The notes under the pieces were generated by a model. The model worked only from the letters and a program-made list of their open reading frames with translations, was not told the DNA's origin and did no database searches. The position numbers and the translations under genes were made by a program. Below are positions 1 through 9,262 of a stretch of 64,000 nt of DNA, piece after piece; the first letter of the stretch is position 1, and each line of letters opens with the position of its first letter. Source of the DNA: Myxococcota bacterium (GTDB taxonomy: Bacteria > Myxococcota_A > UBA9160 > UBA4427); NCBI GenBank assembly GCA_041389495.1, contig JAWKRT010000001.1, positions 1,042,471 to 1,106,470 on the forward strand, given 5' to 3'.

Positions 1-47
1 GGACGCGCGCGGCGGCGAGCGCGAGGGCTGAAAGGACGGTTCGGTAC

Positions 48-1307
48 GTGAGTGAGTCGTCCCGCGGCGCGTTCGTCACGTTCCTGCTCGAGTTCTCGAT
101 CCCGCTGCTCGCCGGCGTCGTCGTCGCGCTCGCGGCGGCCAACCTCGCGCACGAGACCTACGAGCACCTGCTCCACGCGCCGTGGGGGCCGCTCGCGGTC
201 TTCGGCCACGCGCTCGACCTGCACTTCGTCGCGAACGAGATCTTCATGGTGTTCTTCTTCGGCATCGCCGCGAAGGAGATCACGGAGTCGGTGCTTCCCG
301 GCGGCAGCCTGAACCCGCCGCGCAAGGCCATGAACCCGCTGTTCTCGACGCTCGGCGGCGTGCTCGGGCCGATCGCCGTGTTCTTCGCCGGCCTCTCGGC
401 GTGTCACGCCCTCGACGTCTTCGGCCCGAGCCCCGACTGGCCGCTGCTCTCGCGCGGCTGGGGCATCCCGACCGCCACCGACATCGCGCTCGCGTGGCTG
501 TGCGCGCGGTTCGTGTTCGGTCGCGGCCACCCGGCGATCGACTTCCTGCTGCTGCTCGCGATCGCGGACGACGCGATCGGGCTCGTGATCATCGCCGTCT
601 TCTACGGGAACCCCGCGGAGCCGACGAACCCCGCGTTCCTCGGGCTCGTGCTCGCGGCGATGGCCGTCGCGTTCGGCCTGCGGCGCGCGGGCGTGCGCGC
701 GTGGCTGCCCTACGTCGCGCTCGCGGGGCCGATCGCGTGGAGCGGGCTCCTGCTCGCGCACCTCCATCCCGCACTCGCGCTCTGCTTCGTCGTGCCGTTC
801 ATGCCGGCGCCGCGGCGCGACACGGGGCTCTTCCGCGCCGACGACGAGATCGCGCGCATGGGCGAGCCGCTCGCGACCGACCTCCGCATGCGGCGCTCGA
901 CGCTCGAGGAGTTCGAGCACGCGTTCAAGCTGCCCGTCGACCTCGGCCTCTTCTTCTTCGCCTTCGCGAACGCGGGCGTCGCGTTCGCCGACATCGGGCC
1001 GATGACGTGGCTCGTGCTCGGTGCGCTCGTGGTGGGCAAGCTGGTCGGCATCTCGCTGTTCGGCTCGATCGCGGCGTGGCTCGGCTTCCCGCTCCCGACC
1101 GGGATGGCGCGCCGCGACCTCTACATGGCGGGCTTCATCGCGGCGCTCGGCCTGACCGTCGCGCTCTTCGTGGCCACCGCGGCCTTCCGCGACCCGGTGC
1201 TCCAGGGCCAGGCGAAGATGGGCGCGCTCTTCTCGGGCGTGGTCGGGCTCGTCGCGGTCGCGCTCGGCCGCGCGCTCGGCATGGGAGGGCGCACGCCCGA
1301 CTCCTGA
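48..1307 (+). CDS. nhaA: Na+/H+ antiporter, NhaA family
   Basis: 419-aa polytopic membrane ORF with a GTG start. NhaA-like signatures are visible in the translation (GWGIPTATDIALAW; LLLLAIADDAIGLVIIAVFY). Assigned by recognition only. Confidence 0.85.
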   Translation: MSESSRGAFVTFLLEFSIPLLAGVVVALAAANLAHETYEHLLHAPWGPLAVFGHALDLHFVANEIFMVFFFGIAAKEITESVLPGGSLNPPRKAMNPLFSTLGGVLGPIAVFFAGLSACHALDVFGPSPDWPLLSRGWGIPTATDIALAWLCARFVFGRGHPAIDFLLLLAIADDAIGLVIIAVFYGNPAEPTNPAFLGLVLAAMAVAFGLRRAGVRAWLPYVALAGPIAWSGLLLAHLHPALALCFVVPFMPAPRRDTGLFRADDEIARMGEPLATDLRMRRSTLEEFEHAFKLPVDLGLFFFAFANAGVAFADIGPMTWLVLGALVVGKLVGISLFGSIAAWLGFPLPTGMARRDLYMAGFIAALGLTVALFVATAAFRDPVLQGQAKMGALFSGVVGLVAVALGRALGMGGRTPDS

Positions 1308-1351
1308 TCGTCCGGTCTTCATTGATGTGAACGAACCGGACAATTCGCGCA

Positions 1352-1380
1352 TTGACCGGTGACCGAGCCGGACATACCGT
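1352..1380 (+). promoter_or_regulatory. candidate sigma70-type promoter TTGACC-N17-TACCGT ending 6 nt before the pdxR ATG (would imply a leaderless mRNA)
   Basis: The 80-nt nhaA-pdxR gap is locally AT-richer. TTGACC is at 1352-1357 and TACCGT at 1375-1380. There is no Shine-Dalgarno before ATG 1387. CCGGACA is repeated at 1336-1342 and 1368-1374. Pattern match only. Confidence 0.2.
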
Positions 1381-1386
1381 CCGGCG

Positions 1387-2967
1387 ATGGCCGAGCCCTC
1401 CGCCGAAAGATCCGGACGCGCCGTGCCGCCCGCCTACCGGCGGATCGCGGCCTCGATCCGCGCGCGCATCGAGGCGGGCGAGCTCGCACCGGGCGACCGT
1501 CTCGCGCCGATCCGCGCACTCGCGGACGAGCTCGGCGTCCACCGCGACACGGTCTCGCAGGCCTACGAGACGCTGCGCGCCCAGGGGCTCGTCGAGAGCG
1601 GCGTCGGGCGCGGCACGTTCGTCGCGCCCTCGCTCGGCGTGCGCGCGGCGCCGACGGCGCCCGCCGCGTCGCTCGCGTTCGCGCCGACCACCGAGGAGCT
1701 GCTCGCGTTCGACGCCGGCCGCCCGCGCTTCCCGAGCGTCGCGCTCGGCGGCGCGCCGGATGCGGAGCCGTCGCGCCGCGTCGAGAGCGGCACTGCGCCG
1801 CGCGAGATCGTCGCGCTCCACAAGCTCGTTCCCGACCCCGCGCTCTACCCGGCGGCCGCCTTCCGGCGCGCGCTCCACGAGGTGCTCGGCGAGACGGGGC
1901 CGGAGCTGCTGCTCTACGGCGGCGCACAGGGACACGTCGGGCTGCGCGAGGCCATCGCGCGCAGGCTCGCCGCCGCCGGCGCACCCGACGCGCGTGCCGA
2001 CGACGTCGTGCTCTGCCACGGCGCGTCGCAGGGCATCGCGCTCGCGCTGCGCGTGTTCGCGAGTGCGGGCGATGCGGTCGCGGTCGAAGTGCCCACGTAC
2101 GCGAACGTGCTCGCGACGCTGGTCGCGCTCGGCGTGCGCGCGGAGCCCGTGCCCATGCAGCGCGAGGGGACGGGTGCCGCGCCCGACCTCGACGCGCTCG
2201 ACCGCGCGCTCGCCCGGCCCGACGTGCGCGCGTTCTACACGATCCCCACGTTCCACAACCCGCTCGGCACGTCGACGGATCTCGCGCACCGCCGCGCGCT
2301 CGTCGGGATCGCCGCGCGCCACGGCAAGCCCGTCATCGAGGACGCGTTCGAGATGGACCTCCGCTACGAAGGCGGGCCCGTGCCGTCGCTCGCCGCGGTC
2401 GACGACGCGGGGCTCGTCGTGCAGCTCCTGTCGTTCTCGAAGTCGCTCTTCCCGGGCGTGCGCGCCGGCGCGATCGCCGCGCGCGGGCGCGTCGTCGACG
2501 CGCTCGTCGCGCTCAAGCACGCGACCGACCTGTCGGACTCGCTGCCGCTCCAGGCCGCGCTCGCGCGCCTGCTCGAGAGCGGCGCCTACGATCGCCACCT
2601 CGCGAAGCTGCGCCGCGAGCTGCGCGCGCGGCGCGACGCGATGCTCGCCGCCCTCGAGCGCCACATGCCCGAGGGCACGACGTGGACGCGACCGTCCGGC
2701 GGCTACCAGCTCTGGGTCGACCTGCCGCGCGAGCCGCACGCGATCGACGCGCGCGACCTGCTCGCCGACGCGGCGCGCGAGGGCGTGCTGTTCGCGCCGG
2801 GCTCCGAGTTCGCGCCCGGGCGCCCGCCGTCGGGCGGGCTGCGCCTCACCGTCGCGCAGGCCGGCCCCGCGGCGATCGAACGCGGCATCGCGGCGCTCGC
2901 GCGCGTCGTGCGCGCGCACCAGGGCGAGGATCGCGCGGCCCGCCAGTCGGCGGCCGTACAGCTGTGA
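1387..2967 (+). CDS. pdxR: MocR/PdxR-type regulator (GntR winged-helix N-terminus fused to an aminotransferase-like domain)
   Basis: The N-terminus [53 protein letters not shown] is a GntR HTH. The remaining ~400 aa is fold-type-I aminotransferase-like. It lies directly upstream of pdxS-pdxT. Confidence 0.8.
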   Translation: MAEPSAERSGRAVPPAYRRIAASIRARIEAGELAPGDRLAPIRALADELGVHRDTVSQAYETLRAQGLVESGVGRGTFVAPSLGVRAAPTAPAASLAFAPTTEELLAFDAGRPRFPSVALGGAPDAEPSRRVESGTAPREIVALHKLVPDPALYPAAAFRRALHEVLGETGPELLLYGGAQGHVGLREAIARRLAAAGAPDARADDVVLCHGASQGIALALRVFASAGDAVAVEVPTYANVLATLVALGVRAEPVPMQREGTGAAPDLDALDRALARPDVRAFYTIPTFHNPLGTSTDLAHRRALVGIAARHGKPVIEDAFEMDLRYEGGPVPSLAAVDDAGLVVQLLSFSKSLFPGVRAGAIAARGRVVDALVALKHATDLSDSLPLQAALARLLESGAYDRHLAKLRRELRARRDAMLAALERHMPEGTTWTRPSGGYQLWVDLPREPHAIDARDLLADAAREGVLFAPGSEFAPGRPPSGGLRLTVAQAGPAAIERGIAALARVVRAHQGEDRAARQSAAVQL

Positions 2968-2995
2968 CGAACCCCATCCCCACGGAGGAAGCGAG

Positions 2996-3910
2996 ATGAC
3001 GAACGGAAGCGCGAACGGCGCCGGACGCACCGGGGCCGAGGCCTTCGAGCTCAAGGTCGGCCTGGCCGAGATGCTCAAGAACGGCGTGATCATGGACGTG
3101 ACGACCGCCGACCAGGCGAAGATCGCCGAGGAGGCGGGCGCGTGCGCGGTGATGGCGCTCGAGCGCGTGCCGGCCGACATCCGGCGCGACGGCGGCGTCG
3201 CGCGCATGAGCGCGGTCGAGATGATCGCCGAGATCCAGAAGACGGTGTCGATCCCGGTGATGGCGAAGGTGCGCATCGGGCACATCGTCGAGGCGCAGCT
3301 GCTCGAGGCGCTCGGCGTCGACTTCATCGACGAGAGCGAGGTGCTGACGCCGGCCGACGACCAGCACCACATCGACAAGCACGCCTTCAAGAGCCCGTTC
3401 GTGTGCGGCTGCCGCAACCTCGGCGAAGCGCTGCGCCGCATCGGCGAGGGCGCCGCGATGATGCGCACGAAGGGCGAGGCCGGGAGCGGCAACATCGTCG
3501 AGGCCGTGCGCCACCTGCGCACGGTCAACGGCGACATGCGCGCCGTGCAGGCGCTGCGGCCCGAGGAGCTGATGACGAAGGCGAAGGAGCTCGGCGCGCC
3601 GTACGACCTCGTGCGCTACGTGCACGCGCACGGCCGGCTGCCGGTGCCGAACTTCGCCGCCGGCGGCGTCGCGACGCCCGCCGACGCCGCGCTCTGCCGC
3701 GTGCTCGGTGCCGAGGCCGTGTTCGTCGGCTCGGGCATCTTCAAGAGCGCCGACCCCGCCGCGCGCGCGAAGGCGATCGTGCACGCGTGCACGCACTGGG
3801 ACGACCCGCGCGAGGTGCTCGAGGCGAGCCGCGGGCTCGGTCGCGCGATGGAAGGCATCGAGATGGAGACGCTCGCCGAGCACGAGCGCCTCGCGAACCG
3901 CGGCTGGTAG
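2996..3910 (+). CDS. pdxS: pyridoxal 5'-phosphate synthase, lyase subunit PdxS
   Basis: ATG at 2996 preceded by GGAGGAAGCGAG. The translation ([45 protein letters not shown]...) is unmistakably PdxS/SNZ. Confidence 0.95.
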   Translation: MTNGSANGAGRTGAEAFELKVGLAEMLKNGVIMDVTTADQAKIAEEAGACAVMALERVPADIRRDGGVARMSAVEMIAEIQKTVSIPVMAKVRIGHIVEAQLLEALGVDFIDESEVLTPADDQHHIDKHAFKSPFVCGCRNLGEALRRIGEGAAMMRTKGEAGSGNIVEAVRHLRTVNGDMRAVQALRPEELMTKAKELGAPYDLVRYVHAHGRLPVPNFAAGGVATPADAALCRVLGAEAVFVGSGIFKSADPAARAKAIVHACTHWDDPREVLEASRGLGRAMEGIEMETLAEHERLANRGW

Positions 3911-3955
3911 CGCGCGGGGCGGGAGCGGAACGGGGTCGAGCGGGCAGGGCGGGAC

Positions 3956-4525
3956 GTGAAGCGCGTCGGCATCCTCGCGATCCAGGGCGACGTCGAGGCG
4001 CACGCGGCCGCGCTCGCGCGCTGCGGCGCCGAGCCCGTGCGCGTGCTCCACGCGCGCGAGCTCGACGCGCTCGACGGCCTCGTGCTGCCGGGCGGCGAGT
4101 CGACGACGATCTCGAAGGGCATCGCGCGCCTCGCGCTCGCCGAGCCGCTGCGCGCCTTCGCGCGCAGCGGCCGTCCCGTGCTCGGCACGTGCGCGGGCGC
4201 GATCCTGCTCGCGCGCGGGGTGCGCAACCACCCCGTGCCGACGCTCGGCCTCCTCGACGCCACCGCCGTGCGCAACGCCTACGGCACCCAGGTCGACTCG
4301 TTCGCCGCGCCCGCCGACCCCGGCGGCGCGCTCCCCGGGCTGCGCTGCGTGTTCATCCGCGCCCCGCGCCTCGAGCAGCTCGGCCCGGCCGTCGAGACGC
4401 TCGTCCGCGTCGACGGCGCGCCCGTCCTCGTGCGCGAAGGCGGCATCCTCGCCGCGACCTTCCACCCCGAGCTCACCGACGACGCGCGCGTGCACGCGCT
4501 CGTCGTGGAGGCGGCGGGGGCCTAG
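3956..4525 (+). CDS. pdxT: pyridoxal 5'-phosphate synthase, glutaminase subunit PdxT
   Basis: 189 aa with a GTG start. Class-I amidotransferase pattern ([12 protein letters not shown]...[10 protein letters not shown]...[10 protein letters not shown]...FHPE) downstream of pdxS. Confidence 0.9.
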   Translation: MKRVGILAIQGDVEAHAAALARCGAEPVRVLHARELDALDGLVLPGGESTTISKGIARLALAEPLRAFARSGRPVLGTCAGAILLARGVRNHPVPTLGLLDATAVRNAYGTQVDSFAAPADPGGALPGLRCVFIRAPRLEQLGPAVETLVRVDGAPVLVREGGILAATFHPELTDDARVHALVVEAAGA

Positions 4526-4537
4526 GCGCGACGCCGC

Positions 4538-4593
4538 GCGGGCCCGTCGTCGTCGGCCCGGCCGCGCGGCGGGGCCGACGACGACGGGCCCGC
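4538..4593 (+). terminator. perfect 22-bp GC-rich stem-loop 13 nt after the pdxT stop (terminator-like, no U-tract)
   Basis: I base-paired it by hand: 4538-4559 pairs perfectly with 4572-4593. The loop (4560-4571) is itself partly self-complementary. Confidence 0.45.
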
Positions 4594-4783
4594 TTGCGCG
4601 CGTCGCCGCCCCCGCGCTACACCCCCGCCCTCACAGCCGCCCGCGCGCGCCCGGGGCCGCGGGCTCCATCGACGCTCACTCAGTCCTCGCGCGCCTGCCG
4701 CTCGCACCCGCCGCGGCAGGGGGGCCCACATCGGGCCGGACGGCGAGGGCTCGGACCCGAGGGTCCGTCCACGAGGAGGCATT

Positions 4784-5266
4784 GTGCGGGAATACGAGAC
4801 CATGTTCGTCGTGCAGCCGGAGATCTCCGACGAGGGATCGGCGGCCATCCTCGCCCGGCTCGACGCCGAGCTCGAGAAGGCGGGCTCCGTGCGCCTGCTC
4901 TGCGAGGACTGGGGCAAGCGCAAGCTCGCCTACGAGATCGAGAACTTCCACAAGGGCCACTACCGCATCCTGCGCTTCCTCGACGACGGCCAGGTGATCC
5001 CGCCGCTCGAGCGCGCGCTGCGTTTCGAAGAGTCGGTGCTGCGCTTCCTCACGGTGCTCGTGGAGGAGGAGGTCACCGACATCGAGGCGCGGAAGGCGCG
5101 CGCCGCGATCGAGGAGCAGGAGCAGGAGAAGCGCGCGGCCGAGCGCGCGGAGCGCGAGGCGGAGGAGGCGCGCAAGCGCGCCGAGCAGGACCGCGCGCGC
5201 GAGGACGACGACGACTCGGGCGACGCGGACGACGACGACGACGCGCGCGGCGACGAGGAGGAGTGA
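4784..5266 (+). CDS. rpsF: 30S ribosomal protein S6 with long acidic C-terminal tail
   Basis: [18 protein letters not shown]...[10 protein letters not shown] is canonical S6. GGAGG lies 5 nt upstream of the GTG. The last ~60 aa are E/D/R-rich and end in [20 protein letters not shown]. Confidence 0.9.
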   Translation: MREYETMFVVQPEISDEGSAAILARLDAELEKAGSVRLLCEDWGKRKLAYEIENFHKGHYRILRFLDDGQVIPPLERALRFEESVLRFLTVLVEEEVTDIEARKARAAIEEQEQEKRAAERAEREAEEARKRAEQDRAREDDDDSGDADDDDDARGDEEE

Positions 5267-5268
5267 GC

Positions 5269-5898
5269 ATGAGCGAATCGAACTCGGGCGACGGGCCGAA
5301 GACCACGGTTCCCGGCATCCCTCCGACGGGTGACCTCCGCAAGCCGCGCCCCGGCGGCGACGGTCCGCCGCGCGGCGACCGCGACGGCGGCGGCTACCGC
5401 GGCGGTGACCGCGGCGGCGACCGCGAAGGCGGCTTCGGCGGTGGTGGGGGCGGCTACCGCGGCGGCGATCGCGAGGGCGGCTTCGGCGGCGGCGGTGGCG
5501 GATTCCGCGGCGGCGACCGCGAGGGCGGCTTCGGCGGTGGCGGCGGTGGCTTCCGCGGCGGCGACCGCGACGGCGGCGGCTTCCGCGGCCGCCGCGACGA
5601 CCGGCCGCGCCCCCCGCAGACCGTGAAGGCGCGCCTGCGCGCGAAGGCCCGCAAGAAGGCGCGCAAGCAGAAGAAGAAGATGTTCCAGCGCCGGAAGGTC
5701 TGCCGCTTCTGCGCGGACAAGAAGCTGGCCATCGACTACAAGGAGCCGAAGACGCTGCGCCTCTTCCTCACGGAGACGGGCAAGCTCATCCCGCGGCGCA
5801 TCTCGGGCAACTGCGCGAAGCACCAGCGTCCGCTGTCGCTCGCGGTCAAGCGCGCACGGCACGTCGCGCTGCTCCCCTACTCGACGAGCCACATCTAG
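5269..5898 (+). CDS. rpsR: 30S ribosomal protein S18 with ~137-aa N-terminal Gly/Arg-rich (RGG) repeat extension
   Basis: The C-terminal 73 aa ([68 protein letters not shown]) is canonical S18. The frame is open from ATG 5269, which has a strong GAGGAGGAG SD and lies 2 nt after the rpsF stop. An internal ATG at 5680 would give a canonical-length S18. Confidence 0.8.
   Translation: MSESNSGDGPKTTVPGIPPTGDLRKPRPGGDGPPRGDRDGGGYRGGDRGGDREGGFGGGGGGYRGGDREGGFGGGGGGFRGGDREGGFGGGGGGFRGGDRDGGGFRGRRDDRPRPPQTVKARLRAKARKKARKQKKKMFQRRKVCRFCADKKLAIDYKEPKTLRLFLTETGKLIPRRISGNCAKHQRPLSLAVKRARHVALLPYSTSHI
5395..5595 (+). repeat. in-frame tandem repeat encoding [Y/F][15 protein letters not shown] units inside rpsR
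   Basis: Two full 48-nt units (5455-5502 and 5503-5550) are flanked by a 60-nt variant (5395-5454) and a truncated unit (5551-5595). Confidence 0.9.
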
Positions 5899-5909
5899 GA
5901 GGGCGTGCC

Positions 5910-6443
5910 GTGGGCAAGGTGAAGGTGATCCTGCGCGAGGACATGCCGAAGCTCGGCGACGCGGGCGACGTCGTCGAGGTGAAGCCCGGCTACGCGCGCA
6001 ACTACCTCATTCCGCAGGGCATCGCGCTGCCGGCGACGGCGGCGCGCGTGAACGAGATCGAGCACCACCGGCGCATCATCGCCGAGCGCCAGGCCGCGCT
6101 GCTGAAGGACCTGAAGGCGGCGGCCACGAAGATCCGCGCGATGGACCTCTCGTTCGAGGCGCACGCGGGCGACGCCGGCAAGCTCTTCGGGTCGATCACG
6201 CCGGCGATGATCGCGGCGCGCATCGCCGAGCAGGGCATCGAGCTCGACCGGCGCAAGATCCAGAGCGAGCCGATCAAGTCCGTCGGCGAGCACGCGATCA
6301 AGATCCGGCTGCAGAAGGAGCTCGTCGTCGACGTGAAGATCCAGGTCACGGCGGCGGCCGCGCCCGACGCGGACGCCGACGCGGACGCACTGCTCGCCGA
6401 GGAGCCCGAGCCGATCGGCTTCGGCTCGATGGACGAGTACTAG
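5910..6443 (+). CDS. rplI: 50S ribosomal protein L9
   Basis: MGKVKVILREDMPKLGDAGDVVEVKPGYARNYLIPQGIA is canonical L9. GTG start preceded by AGGAGG. Confidence 0.9.
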   Translation: MGKVKVILREDMPKLGDAGDVVEVKPGYARNYLIPQGIALPATAARVNEIEHHRRIIAERQAALLKDLKAAATKIRAMDLSFEAHAGDAGKLFGSITPAMIAARIAEQGIELDRRKIQSEPIKSVGEHAIKIRLQKELVVDVKIQVTAAAAPDADADADALLAEEPEPIGFGSMDEY

Positions 6444-6477
6444 CCGGCGCGCGAACGCCGTTTTCCGGATCGAAGGG

Positions 6478-6505
6478 GCCCGGGCGTCGCACGCGACACC
6501 CGGGC
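6478..6505 (+). terminator. imperfect stem-loop after rplI
   Basis: GCCCGGGCGTCGC / GCGACACCCGGGC arms with one mismatch, 35 nt after the rplI stop. No U-tract. Confidence 0.3.
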
Positions 6506-6772
6506 CTCGCTGCTTCGCGCATCGCGCGCGCCGTCGACGCGATCGCACCGACGCTCCGCGTCGCTTCGCGGGTATACTCGCGCGGCTGCGTTCGTCGTCG
6601 GTCGTCGCGTCGCCATCGCGGCTCTGATGCTTCGCGAGCCTCCTCGCCGCGCGGTCGCGCTGCGCGAGGGGCGGCGTCGCTCGGGGCGGCGTCGGCTCGG
6701 AGTCCGGAGCGCGGCGCGAGCCCGCCGGAGCTCGACGTGGGCCCCGCCGGAGCGCTGCAGGAGGGGAGGGGG

Positions 6773-8287
6773 ATGTCGCTCACCGGCGACGTGATCGGCC
6801 GCGGCGGTGCGCCCTTCGCGCGCGACGGCGCCGGGGACCGACGCCGGCGCGGCGAGCGCGCGGGCGCGGCGGGCGACGTCGCGGGTCGCGTCCCGCCGAG
6901 CGACGTCGAGGCCGAGAAGGCCGTGCTGTCCGCGATCATGATCGATCCGGACGTCTTCCATCAGGTCTTCGACCAGCTCTCGCCCGACGACTTCTACCAC
7001 CCGGCCCACCAGGTGCTGTACCGCGCGATGATCACGCTGCGCGATCGCAGCCAGCCGGTCGACATCGTCGTGCTCGCCGACCACCTGCGCGCCGAGGCGC
7101 AGCTCGAGGCGGTGGGCGGCGCCGCCGTCCTCGCCGAGATCAGCGACTTCGAGGCGACGCCGGCGAACGCCGGGCACTACGCGGCGATCGTGCGCGACTG
7201 CGCGGTCAAGCGGCGCCTCATCCACGTGGCGAGCGAGATCGTCGCGGCGGGCTTCGACGCGACGGAGCCTTCGAGCCAGCTGCTCGACGTCGCGGAGAGC
7301 CGCATCTTCGAGCTGTCGCAGACGCACGCGAAGAGCTCGCTCGCGCCGCTCGACGAGAAGCTCGACGACGCGTTCAACCACATCGAGATGCTGATGACGC
7401 GGGGCGGCGACCTGACCGGCTGCCCCACCGGCTTCCGCGAGCTCGACAAGATGACGGGCGGCCTGCAGCCCGGCGACCTCGTGATCGTCGCGGCGCGCCC
7501 CTCGATGGGCAAGACGGCGCTCACGCTCAACATCGCGCGCAACGCGGCGCTCCTGCACGACAAGCACGTCGCCGTCTTCTCGCTCGAGATGACGACGCGC
7601 TCGCTCGTCATGCGGCTGCTCTCGTCCGAGGCCCAGATCGACTTCTCGCTCTTCCACAAGGGCATGATCTCGGTCGACGCGCACAAGCGGCTCGTGGAGG
7701 CGGCGGGCAACCTGTCGCGCGCGGGGCTGTGGATCGACGAGACGGCCGGGCCGACCGTGCTCGAGATGCGCGCGAAGTGCCGTCGGCTGCACGCACAGCA
7801 GGGGCTCGACCTCGTGATCGTCGACTACCTGCAGCTCGCGCACGGCGACGGGCGCATCGACAGCCGCGAGCAGGAGATCAGCCAGATCAGCCGCGGCCTG
7901 AAGGGGCTCGCGAAGGAGCTGAACATCCCGGTCATCGCGCTCTCGCAGCTCAACCGCGGCCCCGAGTCGCGCGGCGCGGAGGACAAGCGCCCGATGCTGT
8001 CGGACCTGCGCGAGTCGGGCGCGATCGAGCAGGACGCCGACGTGATCGGCTTCATCTATCGCGACGTCGTCTACAACAAGGCGACGGAGTATCCCGACAA
8101 GGCGGAGCTCATCATCGCCAAGCAGCGCAACGGCCCCGTCGGCACCGTGCCGCTCAAGTTCGAGGGGCGTTTCGCGCGCTTCACCGACTGGGAGCAGGAC
8201 GACTTCGACGAGCCCTACGGCCACAGCACGTTCGGCGGCATGGACGCGGGCTACGGCGGCGCCGGCGACGCGGACGAGCCGTTCTAG
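6773..8287 (+). CDS. dnaB: replicative DNA helicase DnaB
   Basis: ATG 6773 preceded by GGAGGGGAGGGGG. DnaB N-domain (PPSDVEAEKAVLSAIMIDPD), Walker A (ARPSMGKTALTLN) and IALSQLNR motifs. An upstream GTG at 6737 is an alternative start. Confidence 0.9.
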   Translation: MSLTGDVIGRGGAPFARDGAGDRRRRGERAGAAGDVAGRVPPSDVEAEKAVLSAIMIDPDVFHQVFDQLSPDDFYHPAHQVLYRAMITLRDRSQPVDIVVLADHLRAEAQLEAVGGAAVLAEISDFEATPANAGHYAAIVRDCAVKRRLIHVASEIVAAGFDATEPSSQLLDVAESRIFELSQTHAKSSLAPLDEKLDDAFNHIEMLMTRGGDLTGCPTGFRELDKMTGGLQPGDLVIVAARPSMGKTALTLNIARNAALLHDKHVAVFSLEMTTRSLVMRLLSSEAQIDFSLFHKGMISVDAHKRLVEAAGNLSRAGLWIDETAGPTVLEMRAKCRRLHAQQGLDLVIVDYLQLAHGDGRIDSREQEISQISRGLKGLAKELNIPVIALSQLNRGPESRGAEDKRPMLSDLRESGAIEQDADVIGFIYRDVVYNKATEYPDKAELIIAKQRNGPVGTVPLKFEGRFARFTDWEQDDFDEPYGHSTFGGMDAGYGGAGDADEPF

Positions 8288-8313
8288 TGCGCGCGACGGG
8301 AGCGCATCGCTAG

Positions 8314-9231
8314 GTGCCGAGGCTCGTCCGAGCGCGCGCCGTCGCGCGCGGCGCGCGCATCGGCATCGCCGCGCCGGCGGCGCGCGTCGACCGCGACGCG
8401 CTCGAGGCCGGTGAGCAGCTCGTGCGCGAGCTCGGCTACGAGCCCGTGCGGCGCGGCGACCCGACCGCCGCCTGCGGCTACTTCGCGGGCGACGACGCGC
8501 GCCGCGCGCGCGAGCTCGCCGACCTGTGGAGCGACCCGGGCATCGCGGCCGTGCTGTGCGCGCGCGGCGGCTACGGCTGCCACCGCTACGCGGATCGCCT
8601 CGACGCGGCGCTCGTGCGCGCCGCGCGCAAGCCGCTCGTCGGCTACAGCGACGTCACGACGCTGCTGCTCTGGCAGCGTCGCGCGGCGGGCCTCACGGGC
8701 GTGCACGGGCCCATGCTCGAGCGCGCGGGCGACGCCCAGCGCGACGCGCTCGCGCGCGCGTTCGCGCTGCTCGAGGGCGAGGTGCCCGCGCCGATGCAGG
8801 GCCGCGGCGTGCGCGGCGCGCGCGTCGAGGGGCGCCTCACCGGCGGCTCGCTCACGCTCGTCGCGGCGAGCCTCGGGACGCCGTGGGAGGTCGACACGCG
8901 CGGCGCCATCCTGCTGCTCGAGGACGTGAACGAGGCGCCGTTCCGCATCGACCGCATGCTGCAGTCGCTGCGCGTCGCCGGGAAGCTCGCGGCGTGCGAG
9001 GGCATCGCGCTGGGCGCGATGGTAGGCTGCGACGACGCGCGCCATCCCGACTGGACGGTCGAACGCATCGTCGCCGAGTGCGCCGAGGCGCTCGGCCTGC
9101 CGCTCGTCACCGGGCTTCCGTTCGGTCACGTCGAGGACAACCGCGCGTGGACGCTCGGCGCGCGCGCCGCGCTCGACCCCGAGCGCGGCACACTCGCGCA
9201 GCTCGAATCGGGGGTGAGCCGGAGATCATGA
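8314..9231 (+). CDS. ldcA: LD-carboxypeptidase (muramoyltetrapeptide carboxypeptidase, peptidase S66)
   Basis: Family-typical blocks: FAGDDARRARELADLWSDPGIAAVLCARGGYG, GYSDVTTLLLW, ILLLEDVNEAPFRIDRML and LPFGHV. Confidence 0.8.
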   Translation: MPRLVRARAVARGARIGIAAPAARVDRDALEAGEQLVRELGYEPVRRGDPTAACGYFAGDDARRARELADLWSDPGIAAVLCARGGYGCHRYADRLDAALVRAARKPLVGYSDVTTLLLWQRRAAGLTGVHGPMLERAGDAQRDALARAFALLEGEVPAPMQGRGVRGARVEGRLTGGSLTLVAASLGTPWEVDTRGAILLLEDVNEAPFRIDRMLQSLRVAGKLAACEGIALGAMVGCDDARHPDWTVERIVAECAEALGLPLVTGLPFGHVEDNRAWTLGARAALDPERGTLAQLESGVSRRS

Positions 9232-9262
9232 CGAGCTCGATCGGCACGACGGACGCGCCGCG

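Noticed and set aside
1135-3537. Very long alternative-frame and antisense ORFs throughout the window. Examples: 1135-3537(-), 2846-4495(-), 6440-8224(-), 15080-18193(-) outside its MutS N-terminal part, 28107-32111(-) beyond ntrC, 36749-39358(-), 52615-55110(-), 56973-60548(-), 57125-60814(+) and 60901-63615(+).
   Set aside because: Their translations are monotonous Arg/Ala/Pro/Gly strings with no recognisable motifs. Each is the shadow of a confidently identified gene in another frame or on the other strand. Long spurious ORFs are expected at this G+C content because stop codons are AT-rich.
5395-5595. Direct repeats checked as possible CRISPR arrays. Also checked: 12583-12620, 36992-37018 and 49292-49333.
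   Set aside because: The units are contiguous with no spacers, only 13-48 nt long and 2-4 copies each. No cas genes are present. These are simple tandem repeats.
5269-5679. Possibility that the RGG-repeat region is a separate small gene (e.g. a remnant of an SSB-like Gly-rich tail) rather than part of rpsR.
   Set aside because: There is no stop codon between it and the S18 core, and there is no OB-fold-like sequence. It is treated as an N-terminal extension, with the alternative internal start flagged in the findings.
6565-6575. TATACT hexamer inside the palindrome CGCGGGTATACTCGCGCGG in the rplI-dnaB gap, considered as a dnaB -10 box.
   Set aside because: No convincing -35 element lies at 16-18 nt spacing. 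A single AT-rich hexamer is insufficient evidence.
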